A DNA stretch of 64,000 nt from Vicugna vicugna (GCA_013265495.1 MU058287.1:434001-498000), one strand, 5' to 3'. Positions 36,111-51,024 are shown, counted from the stretch's first letter. The notes: generated by a model from the sequence alone, not told the origin. Program-made: numbers and translations.

Positions 36111-38729
36111 CATTCATATTACTTTATAGTAATATTTTATACCTCAAAAATATATGACCATGCAAGGTGGTGTGGGCTAACTAAGCAGGTCAGTTTGGAC
36201 TGTTGACATAGTGACTCTGAGGTTAAGAAAGTAAAGAAGACAATGTGATGTGTGTGGGAGGGACTCAGAATGAGACATGAATGAGATGATTATTAAGTGA
36301 TAGTGAGGATTTGATCAAAATGAACACATTTCCGTCACCAGTAATGGAGACTCCTTTGTTTGAAAGAGAGAGTTTGTTTTTGTTTTATAAGCATACAAGC
36401 GCAGTTCAAAACCAGTAAGTAGAGTTGAGTGTCATGAGGACCTAGAACCGGAAACTGATAAGTTGGCTGTGGCCAAGGAAGGCACTCCTTCTCCAACTCT
36501 CCATCACTTGTTCTTTCTAGGGGTCTAGTTAGCTGTCTGTCATCTTTCCATCCATCCTTGCATCCATCCATCTGCCCCCCCACCCATAGCCGATTTCTCT
36601 GCTGTTACGAGCACATGCTCCCTCAGAGTTCCCACATTCACATATCCTCAGAGCAAGCAGAGACCCCTCCGTGTCTTTGGATCCCAATTCCAAACACCGG
36701 GCCTGGGCCAGGTAGCCATTCCTGTGACCGTCTGTATCCCTCACGTGGGACAGGTAAGGCTGATGCACGAACTCTTACAGGCATGGAGAGGGTAGTTCTT
36801 AGACAGAGATGGTTAGAATGGGAACACCCACCAACAGTATCCGCTACCTCAGTGTACCAGAGGACTGGCAAGGGGAGGAATTCCTGGGCTTCTGGGAAGC
36901 AAAAGTGCCACTGAGAAAAGTCAAATGCCCGTTAAGGTAAGAAAGAAGAAAAAGGGTGGGGTAATACAATTATATAGAATAAGGAAGTCTTTTTGTCTGT
37001 AACGAAGTGGATGTCCTGTAGCGCAGTGGGTGTTTTGGAGTTATGGGGAAGGGAGCAAGAAGGAGGGGTTTTCCTAGGAAACAGGTCAGAATAGCAAGGA
37101 TGGTGGAGGTGGTAGGCTGGGGTGAAGGATGGGGGCACATGTTGGAGGGGTGGGTCCCTAGGGTGGGTCCCGAGGGCAGATCTCAGGGACTGAGGAGTGT
37201 GAAGAATCTGGGACAGATGGTTTGGTCATGAAGAGAGACATTCTTCTCTGGGCCAATCGACAGGATACTCCCCACAACCACCACGCCAGCTGTAGGATGC
37301 ACGTTGCCACGGTGCAATCTAGGCCCTTGTGTTTCTATTCAGCCCTCAGTGGGTCACTTACCAGACCTCCTTACTCCCTGAGGTACGTTACTAGTGGGCC
37401 TCACACAGCAGATCAGTCTGTGCCTCTTCCCAGATGGAACCTGTGGCAGTGAGGCTGATTCAAAGCCTGGATCTCTGGGGATTCTGTTCCCCCAGCTGGT
37501 GACCCTGGCTTGTGGGGCCCGTCTGGGGTGTGGGATAGCATTCCTCTGGCCTGTTCTCATTAACTATTTCTCAGCATGGGCTGAGGGTTGGCATTAGGTC
37601 ACATGCAGTTATCCAGATCAAGATCGGTAGTTTTTTACTGGTCTGATGTCTCTTTGGACAAATTCCCAGAGGGCTGGGATCTGAAAGAAGTCCATGGCCT
37701 TGGGCAGTGGTGAGATGGGAACGTTTGCCCAGGCCCAGGAGGGACTGGCAGCTGCCAGGCAGCTGCAGAAGGATAAAGATGTTGTTTTGAACTTTCTAGC
37801 TCTGAGAAACCTACCTTGCCCATCAAAACCTGTGTGTAAATGTTCCTGGCCCACCTCCCCATTGGGGCTGCCTGGCACCCTCCCTTCTTGTCCTCCAGCA
37901 CACACCTTTTGTAACTGCTGCTCTTTGCGCCCCCTCTCCCTCCCAGGCTTCCCTTGAAGTTCATGTTTGCAGGCCCTCACCTGTGTTAACTCTTACTGAG
38001 GACCGGGGGTGGAGGTGTCTCGATATGATTCAACTGGTCCCTGTGCCCCAGCAAGGAAGCCCTTAATCCCGGGCTGTGGTTTTTCAGCCATCGTCACCTT
38101 GCTGCTCTGTTGATAGTCAGCAGGCAACAAAGGCATGCCACAGAGGATGAAAAATTAGAGACCTAGACTGCCTCATCGGAAAGCACCCTGTCTTCCATTC
38201 TCTTCTAGGTGGGTATCGGGGTGACGTTTCTGTGCATCAGTGGACAACTCGCATCAACCGTAATGACCTGTTGACCAGAGCTCTCACCTGAGTCTACATC
38301 TGATTTAGGTGACAGAGTCGTGTTACCTAATTTCTCAAATGTGACTGTTCTTCTGAAGCACCTGGGGACCTTGTTGAATTCACTAGGTGTGGGACTGGGC
38401 TTCTGTGTTTTCTTCTAGGCTTCTAAGTCCTGCTGGTGCTGCTGGCCTGTGAGCCACACTTTGAGGAACAAGCCTCTCTGGATAGTTCCTGTTAGGCTTA
38501 TCAACTATTTTAAGGCTGGATTCCTTCTGGCACTAGGGTAGCTTAAAATTCCATCCAAGGAAGCGCTGAAATACTTAGCCAGAGGGAGCCTTTAGGACTT
38601 CCCCCTGGCAGGGTATTTTGCTTCAAGAGTGCCCAGGTGAATTGGCTCCTGGGATTTTTATCGGTAAAGGCTCTATGTGTCTAGTGTCTAGAGGGTGTTC
38701 AAATAGTAGGGTTCAGAGGTGGAGATAGA

Positions 38730-38990
38730 ATTTTTTGAGATATAATTGGCATTTAACATTGCATTAATTTTAGGCGTACAGTGTGACTGGTGTATGTCTG
38801 TATTGCAAAATGATTAGCACAACAAGTTTAAACATCCATCCCTGCCTTCAGTTTCAAAAGTTTTGTGTGTGTGATGAGAATTTTAAAGATTTACTCTCTC
38901 AGCAACTTTCAAATATACAGTACAGTATATATATTCACCATGTTTTACATTACATCCCAGGACTTATTTATCTTATAATTGGAAATTTCA
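38730..38990 (-). mobile_element. L1 3'-end fragment
   Basis: ttttttgagatataattggca...aagatttactctctcagcaactttcaaatatacag. Confidence 0.8.
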
Positions 38991-40534
38991 TTTAACCCAT
39001 AATTTTTTTCTTTACTGAAGATGAAAACACTTTATTCACTGGAAACTTAGGACTCAAATCTATTTTTTTTTGAGATGGCATTACCCCAAACATGTAAAGA
39101 CAAGAGTAGAAGATGAATATACACTTTTGAAAAGTTTTACATTTGCAGAGCATTTTAATTCCTTATTTGTCAGTGTCTATGCTGCCTTTTGTAGAGCAGA
39201 GGAGGGAGAGGCTGAAGGAGATTGGAGTTGGGGTTAGACTCCCAGACCAAGACTTCCCACGGGCATGAGTAGGGAGGCTTCAGGACCTACTGCCTGGGTG
39301 GGCGGGGCATAGGCCTCCTTCTAAGGGGACTGCAGGTGCTAAGATGCACCTGAGTATGAGAAGGTGGTGGTGCCTGAGAATCACGAGGCTGCTGGAAAGC
39401 AGGCAGATTTGAGGATGTGATAAGAAGATACATTAGTTTTGTCAACTGTGATTGATGTTACAATACCCATGAAAATTACCATGTAGGATCAAGAAGTGTA
39501 ATAATGGGGAAGACTACAGCTCTAAATGGAGAACTTTGACTTAAGGTGACAGTCATGTGAACAGTTCATTACTGCCTAGGCTAGTATCAGAATTTTCCTA
39601 TATAACTACTTCATTCAACCAATAATTATTAAAGCAACCACTGTGCAGTAAACTCTAATTTTTCCCATGAGTGTAGACTGCCTCCGCTCTCCTTGAGTGA
39701 AGGATTCGAGTGTTAGGCTTTTGTAACCTCCACAGTGCCTCACCTACACTAGTGACTTACAAAGCATTTGTTGGATGTGAAAGATTATACTTGGGACCAC
39801 TGGCAGTCACCTAAAAATGGGGAGAAGCCACAGCTGGAAAAAATGAGAAGAATAAGGGAGGAAGAGTCAGCGGGGGAGGTTAGCAGCAGTCAAATCATCT
39901 ATGAGCCTAAACAGTAAACGCTGAAAAGACATCAGTGGATTGCATCTGAAGGAAGTTACTGGAATTCACAGCCAAAGCTCCTGAAGTGAAGTTTGGGGCA
40001 TGGAAACTCAGAGGCACTGGGGAAGCTGGGCTGAAAGGAAGTCTCAAAACCGGAGCCATGGATGGAAGTAAAGGGTGGGGAGTAGAGAAAATAACCATCA
40101 ATACAGAACTTCCTGGGAAGCAAATCCGTTTTGTACAGTATCTTTCAATAACCATTCATCAGCACAGTGTTCTGTGCTCAGTCATGCACGTTTCTGGGGG
40201 ATGTTAAGCGTGTAGCAGATCGTGCTCTGTTAGGATTAAAAGCACATCGAAGATAAGTGTAAGAAGACTGGAATGATCTATGATATTCAGGCACCTGTCA
40301 CTTGTCAGGTGTTTACAGAGTGAAGTGAGCAATGATATTTCATCCCAATGTGTGAACAGGCTTATCCCAGCCTGGGAATACACCGGAGGGACTAAAACCC
40401 AGGCACGTTTGTCGATCCATCAGTGATGTTCGGCAAGTATTTACTGAGTTTCTACTATGTGCCAGTGAGAAAACAAAATCCAGCCCTTGGGGCCTACGTT
40501 AGAGTGGGGAATATTACACATAAACAAAGCCTGG

Positions 40535-41090
40535 TGCTACTGAGAGTGGAAAGCACAGGTTTTTGAGCAGTAATGTGCCACGGGAGTAGGGGAAGAGTCT
40601 GGGACGAACTACACGCAACTTTGGTTTCTGCAGAGGTGACTCGGTGTTTCAAAGGAAGACTGAGGGAGTAGGGAGGGGGTGAGTGGGGAGAGGGGTAAGC
40701 AGGGGCTCAGTAAGGGCAGGGAAGTGAAAAATTACAAAAAGTTAAAAAAAAAAGAGGGAGCGTTGGTCCATGTGAAACCCACTTGGGTTTGTTAACTGGC
40801 GCTTATCACTTAAGGAAGTTAGGCCCTTTGGCTCCCACAGAGGCTGGGAGTCAGGGGGCCCTGTCTTCAGGTGTTGGTTGGAATAAACAGTAAATTCTTT
40901 GGCAGCCTTGCGTTTGCCCACGCAGGTACTTTAAGGGGGGCTAGGGTGGTCTTAGGGAAGCAGCCTTGAGCTTTTGTAAGAAGCTATGTTAGTGTTTGTT
41001 CAAACATTTATAGGCCAAGTTGGAGGCCTAGTCAGGAAGGGGCCTAAGAGGAGCCTGGCTGAAGTTTGGTCGTGGAGAGAATCTTTGTCA
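40535..41090 (-). mobile_element. ERV1 solo LTR (MER31/MER67-like, 556 bp) inserted in L2
   Basis: TG...CA ends, perfect TSD CTGG (40531-40534, 41091-41094); minus strand starts tgacaaagattctctcc..gaccaaactt; L2-like sequence on both sides. Confidence 0.82.
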
Positions 41091-41678
41091 CTGGAAAGAG
41101 ACAGTAAATGAAATAAAGAGTATCAGATGGTGATAATACAGTGGGGGAGGGACAAGGAGTATCGGGGTGCGGGTGTGGAGGTTGGGACCTCAGATACGGT
41201 AGTCAACGTGGGCCTCACTGCAGAGGCACCATCTGAGGAAAGCTCTGAGAGAAGTGAGGGTGAGCGCCTTGGGGACAGCTGAGGGAAAAGCCTTCCGGGC
41301 CGAGAAAATGGCGAGGGCCAAGGCTCAGAGGCACGATGTTTTCTGTGTGAGGGACAGAAAAGAGGCCGGAAGGGCAGAGTGAGCTGGGGAGAGCCGTTGG
41401 GGGCCCTGTCTCTCGGTAGACCACTGTAATGATGTGGACTTTTTCTCTGAGTGAGGTGGGAAGTAAGTCCGCGGAGGGGTGGGCTTGGGCAGAGGGCTGC
41501 CATGTTCTCTGACGAAGTTAACGTGGAAAGCAAAGTCGGGGAGGTAATTGTTTCATACCAACATCCACGGAAGAGTGAGTCCAGAGGTGTGACAGGGCTG
41601 TGATGTCTGCCTGTTTCCCACTCCCCTTGTGGGTAGCAGTTAGTAAATTAGTGGACACTCTAAAGTTAACGTCATGTA

Positions 41679-42238
41679 TATGAATGAAAAATATTGCCTG
41701 CCTTATCAGTAAACGAGGGATGCTGCAGACAGCAGCCATCATCACTGCTGCCCCAGCCTGCGCCCCTAACCCCCGCCAAGGTGAGCGGGAGGGAACTCAG
41801 GATGGAGACGAGCAGGCCACCTGCTGCCAAGCCCTCAGCCACTACAGCCACCCCCAGTGGTGCCCCCAGAGGGGACACAGGACAGGAAAGCACAGGGTAC
41901 TGGCCCTAGAAAGCTCAGGTGCATATTAAAGGAATGATTTCAGTGAGCCCAGACGCCTGCATCTCCCCATTCATAGAAATGCATTAAATTTCTTAACTGG
42001 AGAGATCTGATTTTCTTTAATTAACAGTAATCTTCTGATATTCTGATTACTTGTTCTTTGTTGCAAAAACTCATATCCTGGCTCCTCCTCTGTGTCTTCA
42101 GAGCAGTCCCTCAGAGCGATCTGAGAGGGAGTCTTCAGGCTTGAAGTCCTCAGTAAGTCTGCCAAAGAACCTAAAAGTTGAAAATTAAGTTTTTACTTCT
42201 CAACTTTTAGGTGGTGCATTTTTTTTTTCCAGTTGACA
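41679..42238 (+). mobile_element. ERV1-type solo LTR
   Basis: Ends tgcatttttttttccagttgaca; shares gagcag.cc.tcaga.cgatctgag with the LTR at 5199-5681; near TSD tgta/tgtg. Confidence 0.72.
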
Positions 42239-45200
42239 TGTGGAGTCAGCTAAACTAATCAACCACCTTCAGAATGTCTGCATCTAACCCCAATAATTCA
42301 CATTGAGATTGAAGAACAACCAAAACAACAATTTTCCACTTTTCTAACCTCAGCAAAATCAGTTTCTACTTTTCCACCATTAAAATAATACATTCTTGAT
42401 ACAGATGTTTATGAAAGAAAAAGCGTAATTCCTCTCACATCTCCGCAACCTCACTTGTCTTCAACTAATATCCTTTCAGACTACTTCAGTGGAGATACAC
42501 AAAAATATATGGGAATAATTTTTTTCATAAATTTGGGATTATGCATAGCATTGTCTCTGCACACTGCATTTTTTAGTTCAAATGTTTTGAACATTCTTTC
42601 CTGTCAATATATACAATTTTATCTCACTCATGTTAAAGTTTGCAGAAAATTTTACAGTCTAGCTGTATCATATTTTGTATAAGCACTTCCCTGTTAATAT
42701 TAACGTTGCATTTTCCCCTGTATTTTTATTACGAACAATGTTCAGTGAACCTTGAGTGTATCTTTCTGAATATGTGGGTGTGTTTTCATGAGAATATTTC
42801 CAAATCAAAAGGTACCAGTTTTTAAGCATTACTGTATTTTCCCCTAAAGTCTGCACAAATTTACACTCTCAGGAGAGCATGAGAGGGCCTGTTTCCCCGC
42901 CCCAGGACCGAAAACTATTGGCATATATTAGCTTTTGCTAATCTAAGCCATATGAACTGTGTCTTTAGTCCTATATGTCCCTGATCACTGTTGAACTTAA
43001 CAAGTATTTTATGTTATTAGCCATTCGTATTTTTTTCCCTCCGTGGTCTTCCTATGTACAACCTCTGCCCGTTTTTCTGGTGCGTCGCTGTCTTAGCTCT
43101 TGGTGTATTAAAGGTAATACTCCTTTGTCTGTTGAATACCTTCAAAGTGTGTATTTACTGTTCGGTTGCTTTCACTTTGTTCTCAGTACCTTCTGTTGCT
43201 CAAGAACAAATCCAGCTTTGATGTGTGAAGGGGCACGTTTATACACACATACAGAGGATTTACAAATATGCCTGTGTGTCGACCTTTGCTTTGAAATGCC
43301 CGTCAGTAAGAGCCATTCCGGCTTCTGTGATTCTTATCTCCCATTTCTAGTGTGGGAGGCTTCCTGCTTTGCTTTTGTCTACGCCTTTGCATAACTTCAT
43401 TTAACCAGCGGGGAAATACAGAAGAGAAGATATTTACAATCAGGTCAGCTTACTGTGAACATCTGTGAAATTCGGGATATTTTCTGGGGGCAAGTTAAAA
43501 TGTGGGACACCACCCTGCCTGTAGCAAGTTTCCATTTCTGTTGCTGTACAGATTGGAAGGCGTTACTTAGAGCCAAAGCCTTATCGCTTTAACACCAGCA
43601 CTGCTGCTAAATTTCACTGCCTCTAGTCCCCAATCCTTGTGTAAGTTTTGAAACAACTAATATATAACACCATCTGTGAAAACTTGTGGGAGAAAAAAAG
43701 GAGGGGGCTCTTTCTGGTCTCTTCTGTCCTCTACCATGATGATCACCAGCAGAAATGCTTTTACACTTCATTTATCAGTTTATTTTCTGCTGTTCCTCTT
43801 GCTCCAATTGGCGTTCCTAAGTTTCTGGCCATAGAGGGGCAAATCAAATGTATGAACACTGCATCGGAGTGTCAGAATTTCTTTGATTAGATAGCAATCC
43901 CAGTCACCTGTCTGAGTAATTTTTTTCCCTAACTAATCATGTGAATTTCCTGGTTTTGGTCAAAGGTTGATACCACCACCTACTCACATCTTCCCACCGC
44001 CATTTGTAGGTAAAATCTAACTGTCACCTCAGGATGACTTTTTATGATGCAATATAATCACAGGCACAGAAGAATTTATTGCACTTGATATTTAGGTTTT
44101 TTTTTTAACTGTTGTTTTTTAGACTGATGTTTTTAAGCTGATATTTCACAATTATAAAAAAAAAAAAAAAAAGAAGGAAAGAAAGAAGGGAGGGAGGGAG
44201 GAAGGAGACCAAACCTTTTACTGATTAATCTATTTGTAGTGTTACATGGAAGTCAGTAGAAGGGACAATGAAAACTCAAAGTGTTTAAGAAATTAATGAA
44301 AGAAGGAGCATATTTCAGGGACCTCAGGCAGGTTTCTGTTCTCTGTAGATAATTACCAAATTCCCCAGCTTTGATTAGAATTGTTCATCACAGAATTTTA
44401 CACCACCAGGTGCTATATAATCCAATCCCAGGTCACTCCAGACTTTAGTCCTTAAAGTTATTCATTTCAAGACATTAAGTCTAGACTTTTGGTCTGGGTA
44501 TCTCCAATGCTCCTAGATACCAGGTATAAAAACTACTAATGTTCCAAGAACTGATGGAAGTGATGCTTGCTTGTCCACCTCTATCCTAAAAACCACATTC
44601 GTCTTTGAAATAAAATTGAGGCCAGAATGAAAGGGCGGACTTGCCCCAGACTCACTTAAATGGGGCCAGAAGAATTGGTCAGAGTTCACTAATAAGAGAT
44701 TCATTTGATTTGACAAACTTTCCATTTAAAGGTAAACATGACCTGAAGGAGAATGGCCATTTAGTGGTCATTCACATTGGTAAGTGTGTAAATTACTTTA
44801 ATCATCATCATAATTATGGATTACAGGGAAGTTCAAATTAACATATTTGATCCTCATAATTCAGTGTTAACATATTTGATCCTCATAATTTCAGAATCCC
44901 ATTTGACTCTTATTTACCCCATTTCACAGATGAGAAAAATGAGGGATGGCCTTGGGTCAAACAGCCAGTGGACACCAGGTAGAATTCAAACCCAGGTCTT
45001 CTGATTCCAGGTTTAGGCTGCTGCCACCACACCAGATGATCAGATAATTTCCACTCTCATATCTGTGGGAGGAGGCACTATGTTGGGGGTTGAGGGAGGA
45101 GGAAGAAGGGTATGGGAGTGGTGGGGGCAGTGTGGGCAGTGGGAGATGCGGCCCAAGGGTGAGATAGCTCACTCCTACTGCACAGGGTCTTGATGTTCGA

Positions 45201-45772
45201 TGGACTGACCTGACCATGTGGGTCTGGTCCAGCTCCTCCAGACTCCAATTGTTTTACCGTGGCCACTTCTCCCTCCTAATGGCCTTGTGTACCTGGAGGT
45301 ACCCATTCCTTGCACTTCCCCACGTCCCCACCCCATTAGCATGCTGCAACCTTGGAAACATAGATATGTAGCTTCTTTGGCCTGGACTCTGAAAGAAGCA
45401 TAAAGGTGACACCTTGTGAGTTGAAACACAAGGCAAGTGATATTCTTGAACAGGTCAAATTTAGGCCAACGGTCCACGGAACAAGCTGGAACCATCTTCC
45501 ATCCATGAGCACATCCTGCACATTGCTACTCCTTCCCCAGTGCTGCTTTCATTTTTCTCATCCCTCCCTCAGAAGCACACTGGAAGGACGGATAGGGTCC
45601 CTCGTGTCCACTCTAGCCTCACCAACCTCAGGAGACACCCCCACACCCAGCGTGAGCTCTCTCCTCTGAGCCTCCCCTGGACTCCAGCCCTGGTGCTGCC
45701 CCGGGTGCTTTCCTCCTTTTTACCACATGGCCTGTGTCTTTATTTTTGTTTGGGATCAGGAACTTATAGATT

Positions 45773-47623
45773 TTTTTTAAAACATTTTTTTAATTGAGTT
45801 ATAGTCATTTTACAATATTGTGTCAAATTCCAGTGTAGAGCATGATATTTCAGTTATACATGAACATACATATATTCATTGTCACATTCTTTTTCACTGT
45901 GAGCTACCACAAGATCTTATATGTATTTCCCTGTGTTATACAGTATAATCTTGTTTATCTATTGTGCATATGCCTGTCAGTATCTACAAATTTTGAGCTC
46001 CCAGTCTGCCCCTTCCCACCCTTTTCCCCCTTGGCAACCACAAGTTTGTATTCTATGTCATGAGTCTGTTTCTGTTTTGTATTTATGTTCTTTTTTTTTT
46101 TTTTAAGATTCCACATATGAACCATCTCATATGGTCATATGGTATTCTTCTTTCTCTTTCTAATCTCATATGATGGTATTCTTCTTTCTCTTTCTGGCTT
46201 ACTTCACTTAGAATGACATTCTCCAGGGACATCCATGTTGCTGCAAATGGTGTTATGTTGTCATTTTTATGGCTGAATAGTATTCTATTATATAAACATA
46301 CCACTTCTTCTTTATCCAGTCACTGTTGATGGATATTTAAGCTGTTCCCACGTCTTGGCTATTGTAAATAGTGCTGCTATGAATAGTGGGGTGCAGGTAT
46401 CTTTTTGAAGTAGGGTTCCTTCTGGATATATGCCCAGGAGTGGGATTCCTGGGTCATATGGTAAATCTATTCCTAGTCTTTTGAGGAATCTCCTTACTAT
46501 TTTCCACAGTGGCTGCACCAAAATGCATTCCCACCAGCAGTGTAGGAGGGTTTCCTTTTCTCCACAGCCTCTCCAGCATTTGTCATTTGTGGAGTTTTTG
46601 AATGATGGCCATTTTGACTGGTGTGAGGTGATAACCCCATTGTAGTTTTAATTTGCATTTCTCTGATAATTAGTGATATTGAGCATTTTTTCATGTGCCT
46701 ATTGATCATTTGTATTTCTTCTTTGGAGAATTGCTTGTTTAGGTCTTCTGCCCGTTTTTGGATTGGGTTGTTTGTTTTTTTTCTTATTAAGTCGTATGAG
46801 CTGCTTATATATTCTGGAGATCAAGCCTTTGTTGGTTTCATTGTTTGCAAAGATTTTCTCCCATTCTGTAGGTTGTCGTTTTGTTTTACTTATGGTTTCC
46901 TTTGCTGTGCAGAAGCTTATAAGTTTCATTAGGTCCCATTTGTTTATTCTTGCTTTTATTTCTATTGCTTGGGTAGACTGCCCTAAGAGAACATTTTTGA
47001 GATGTATGTCAGATAATGTTTTGCCTATATTTTCTCCTAGGAGGTTTATTGTATCTTGTCTTATGTTTAAGTCTTTGATCCATTTTGAGTTGATTTTTGT
47101 GTATGGTGTAAGGGAGTGTTGTAGCTTCATTGTTTTACTTGCTGCTGTCCAGTTTTCCCAACACTATTTGCTGAAGAGACTGTCTTTATTCCATTGTATA
47201 TTCTCACCTCCTTTGTTGACGATTAGTTGACCAAAAGTTTGTAGGTTCATATCTGGGCTCTCTATTCTGTTCCATTGGTCCATATGTCTGTTTTTGTACC
47301 AATCCCATGCTGTTTTGATTATTGTAGCTCTATAGTATTGTCTGAAGTCTGGGAGAGTTATTCCTCCAATATTATTATGTTTTGTTCTAGTTCTGTGAAA
47401 TATGTCCTGGGTAATTGGATAGGGATTGCATTAAATCTGTAGATTGCCTTGGGCAGTGTGACCATTTTAACAATATTGAGTCTTCCAATCCAGGAGCATG
47501 GGATATCTTTCCATTTTTTAGAGTCTTCTTTAATTTCCTTAATCAGTGTTTTATAGTTTTCCACATATAAGTCTTTCACCTCCTTGGTTAGATTTATTCC
47601 TAGGTATTTTATTACTTTGGGTG
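45773..47623 (-). mobile_element. Lineage-specific L1, 5'-truncated (~1.85 kb; ORF2 C-terminus + 3'UTR)
   Basis: ORF2 peptides [51 protein letters not shown] with frameshifts; poly-T tail; 16-bp TSD caggaacttatagatt (45757-45772) / caggaacccatagatt (47624-47639). Confidence 0.95.
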
Positions 47624-50600
47624 CAGGAACCCATAGATTGAAAGAGAATTAAGAGAGCATCATACAATCAAACATAAAAGTCTCCCTCTATTTATATGTA
47701 ACAATATTATAGGGAGAAAAAAAGTTATCGACCTTTTTTTTCTTTCCTCCAAAATGTCCACATCTCCCTTTCATCTACTTCTTCCCTTTACCATATAAGC
47801 AGTGTTCTATCAGCATTAGAAATCTTCCATTGCCAAGTTCACATGTAGTACTAGGCTAGGTTTTAAAAAATAAGTCATGAGTGTCAGGTCTGTTTTAAGG
47901 CCCACATTAAATGTCTTCATATTTATTTTCACTTTTTAGGCCACATGGTGGAGAGACCAGGAAGCTCACTATTTCACTTATTCTTATCACCTCTATCATT
48001 TGTTCTTAGTAACATTCTAGACAGAGGAAGGTAAAGAGGATATGTAAATGAATTATATATTTCCAAGGTAGATTCATGCTGCTTTTACAATGCAAAGAGG
48101 TGGAGATTTTCTTACAAAATCTAGTTAATGCTGTTTGTTTCTGAACTAGCCCTTGAGTAGATAAGTCTGTTTGGATTTTTAGACCTTTCTGCAAACTGTG
48201 GGCCAGTGGTGGTGATTAGATAGCTGCGTGGTGGGATGCACTACGGGTTGGGGTGGAGGGGAGGGTGGTGCTGTTACAAAGACCAGTGAAAGAAAGGGCT
48301 GCTTGGCAGATTACAGTAGCTTTCAGCCCCTCCCAGCCCATCTTTGACTTTCTCCCACATATGGGGTGACTGGAGGGGTGCTGGGCCAAATAAGGAGTGA
48401 TTTCATCTTTAATGATCTGTGAAGACTTCCTGGAATGGGTCTAGGCTTCCCCGCACTGTGATATATGGATGACTGTTCTGAGAGAGCAAGTATCCTTGTA
48501 CTCTGCTCCTTTGGGGGTAGTTTTGGATCTTGGCTGAAACATTCTCATTGCAGGCATCTGCTTTTTATTTGCATCTGATCCCGTGGGGTCAGCTCCAACC
48601 ATGTCTCTTGGACCATTATGAATTCGGAGTCAGAATCCCCTGGATCTAGTGTGAGACCAGTCCATTTCAGAATCGTCCTCACGGATCCTCCTGGGGAAAT
48701 GTCAGGAGAGTGGAAGAAAGGGAGAAGGGGCAGAGTCATAAGTTATTTAGTAGTTGGTGATACCATGTTTATCAATGGTAACTATATCCTGACATCCCTC
48801 CCTCCCACCTCCACCCCTCACTCTTCCTGGGTCTGAAGCAGGAAGATCCAGTGGAGGAAGGAACTGATTATAATTCATTCATGAGCACGTAAGATAACTC
48901 CTTCCCCTCCCCCTCTCTTACTCTGCCATATAGCAAATGTAACCAGTGATTCTAGTATTTAAAAAAAATTTAGGACAAGGATTATGAGGATTGTTATGAA
49001 AACATTCTCGAGATGTAGAGTTCTTATACATATGGGAATTATCTGAAGAAAACAAATACTTGATATTTTTGACAATTTTAGTAAATATTACATAGTATTA
49101 TTTATTAAAATATAATCCACTGAGTTTTAAAACTTAAAACCAACCCCTAAATTAAATAATTCCACTTTTGGAGAGAGATTTGCGGGAAAAGTATGTTGCA
49201 GAATTTTTCTCTTTATAGAAAGGGCACTGCAGTTCTGATTGATCTAATCAATCCGTTGATTGGAAACTGAAGCAAGTGTTTAACTGTGTCTTAAATTAGG
49301 CAAATTCATCTGCAAACCCTGTCACTAGTAGCCAATTAAAAGCCCAGGTAGTTTAGGTATGCTGTCTTGAGTGCTCTCACTTTGATTTTATCATTTATCC
49401 GTTTATGCATTTGATCCATTCTGATGGCGAAGCTACTGGGTGGAAGGTGCTGGAGGCACAAATATGAGTAAGACATCCTTAGTCGCTGTATCTAAGAGCT
49501 TATTTCTGTGGCATCAACAAACATCTGACTAGTTCATTTCTGTTCCCTTTCCAAATAGTGCGGTATAGGCTCCCGTAGGAGGGAGATCTGAGCTAGACTG
49601 GAATTGTCAAGAGAGGCCACCCACCCAGAGGAGGGGATGGACCCTGAGCTGAGCCATGAAAGATTAAGCAGGCGCTCACCAGGTGAGGGGGAAGAGGTCA
49701 TTCCAGGCAAGGGGAGCAGCGTGGGTACACAGAGGAGAGGGAGTGTAGAGAATACGAGAATTAGCAAAAACTCTGGAAAGTTAGAAAGTAAAATGCCAGG
49801 TAGGGGTGTGTGTGTGAGAGATCAGGGGTGAGGAGGGAAGGAGGGGGAGGTCAAGATTTGTAAGAATTCCAGGCTTAGGACCAGTCAGAGCTCTGGGGAG
49901 CTTTAAGTGATGATCTGGCCAGACTCCTGAACCTGGCCGCCGGGCTGGGTTAATCAGTCTTGGGCCAGCCTGGCCCAGGCCCAGTAGACCTCAGACACAG
50001 GCAAGGATGGGAGGGGAAGGAGCTGCGGCAGGACTGACCTCTGTCTAACCTTGACATGATGTGCGTGCTGCTGGTGAGCCATTCTGCCTCTCGCAGGAGG
50101 TCTGGCCTTCCCAGCAAGGTTTCCTTACCCACCTGACAATAGTCTTAGTGCTTAGGGATGCTGGGCTTGCCAGTGATGAGGGGGAGGGGCACTGTTTCAG
50201 TGCTGTTCAACCAGGACATCCATATGGTGCTTGCAGACCCTCTGAGCTTGGCAGGTGTGAAGACCCTCAGAAGCTCCAGCACTGCAACGGGTCCTTGGAT
50301 GTGCAGGATACCACAGAGGCCAAAATCCCTACTGCTTCATGCCGGCTGCTCCACAAGGGGGCCTCACCCAGAAGGACTGGGTGACCTCACGTCAGACACA
50401 GACCAGGTAGGAAGGAAGGAAGGAGTTGCCCATGAGAAAGATGACTCACCAAAAGTTTTTCCTCCTGATAGTTACATATTATTGCTTTTATTACATATAG
50501 AAGTAAAAATGAATGTGAAAAATTTTATCTAATTTGAACATAAAACATTATTAGTATATAGCATGTCTCTCTATCTTTTTAATGTTAGATACCATTTTAA

Positions 50601-50989
50601 AAGAGTTTCCTAACTCTGTTCTGAGATCATTCTGTAGCTCTCAGAACATGACATTTACAGGCTATGCATATAAACAAAGTGTTGAGTTGCTCTTATCCAC
50701 TCATGATTTTTGTGGAGGTCCTGGTCAAAAGACAAAATTATGCATCTGAGACAAGGCAGTGTGTTGAGAATTTGGTTTCTCAGGGTTTCTGTTCTCAGAC
50801 AGCCCTCATGGGAGGGCCTGGCCACACCTCACCTGGGCACCCGAAGCTGGTTCCAGCCTGCACCCTTCCTGGCCACTTACTTAACACAGCCAGCATCCTC
50901 CTCTTCCACGTACTGTTGGCCCCCACCCTCCTTCGCAATTAAATATGTCACCCGCTAAAATTGCCTTGCTGAGTTTTGTTTGTGTTCCC

Positions 50990-50992
<3 letters not shown>

Positions 50993-51020
<28 letters not shown>
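50993..51020. repeat. (CA)14 microsatellite
   Basis: Perfect dinucleotide run. Confidence 0.95.

Positions 51021-51024
<4 letters not shown>

Noticed and set aside
46083..47579. Several protein-like ORFs
   Set aside because: Frameshifted L1 ORF2 fragments of a truncated insertion, not a host gene or an active element.
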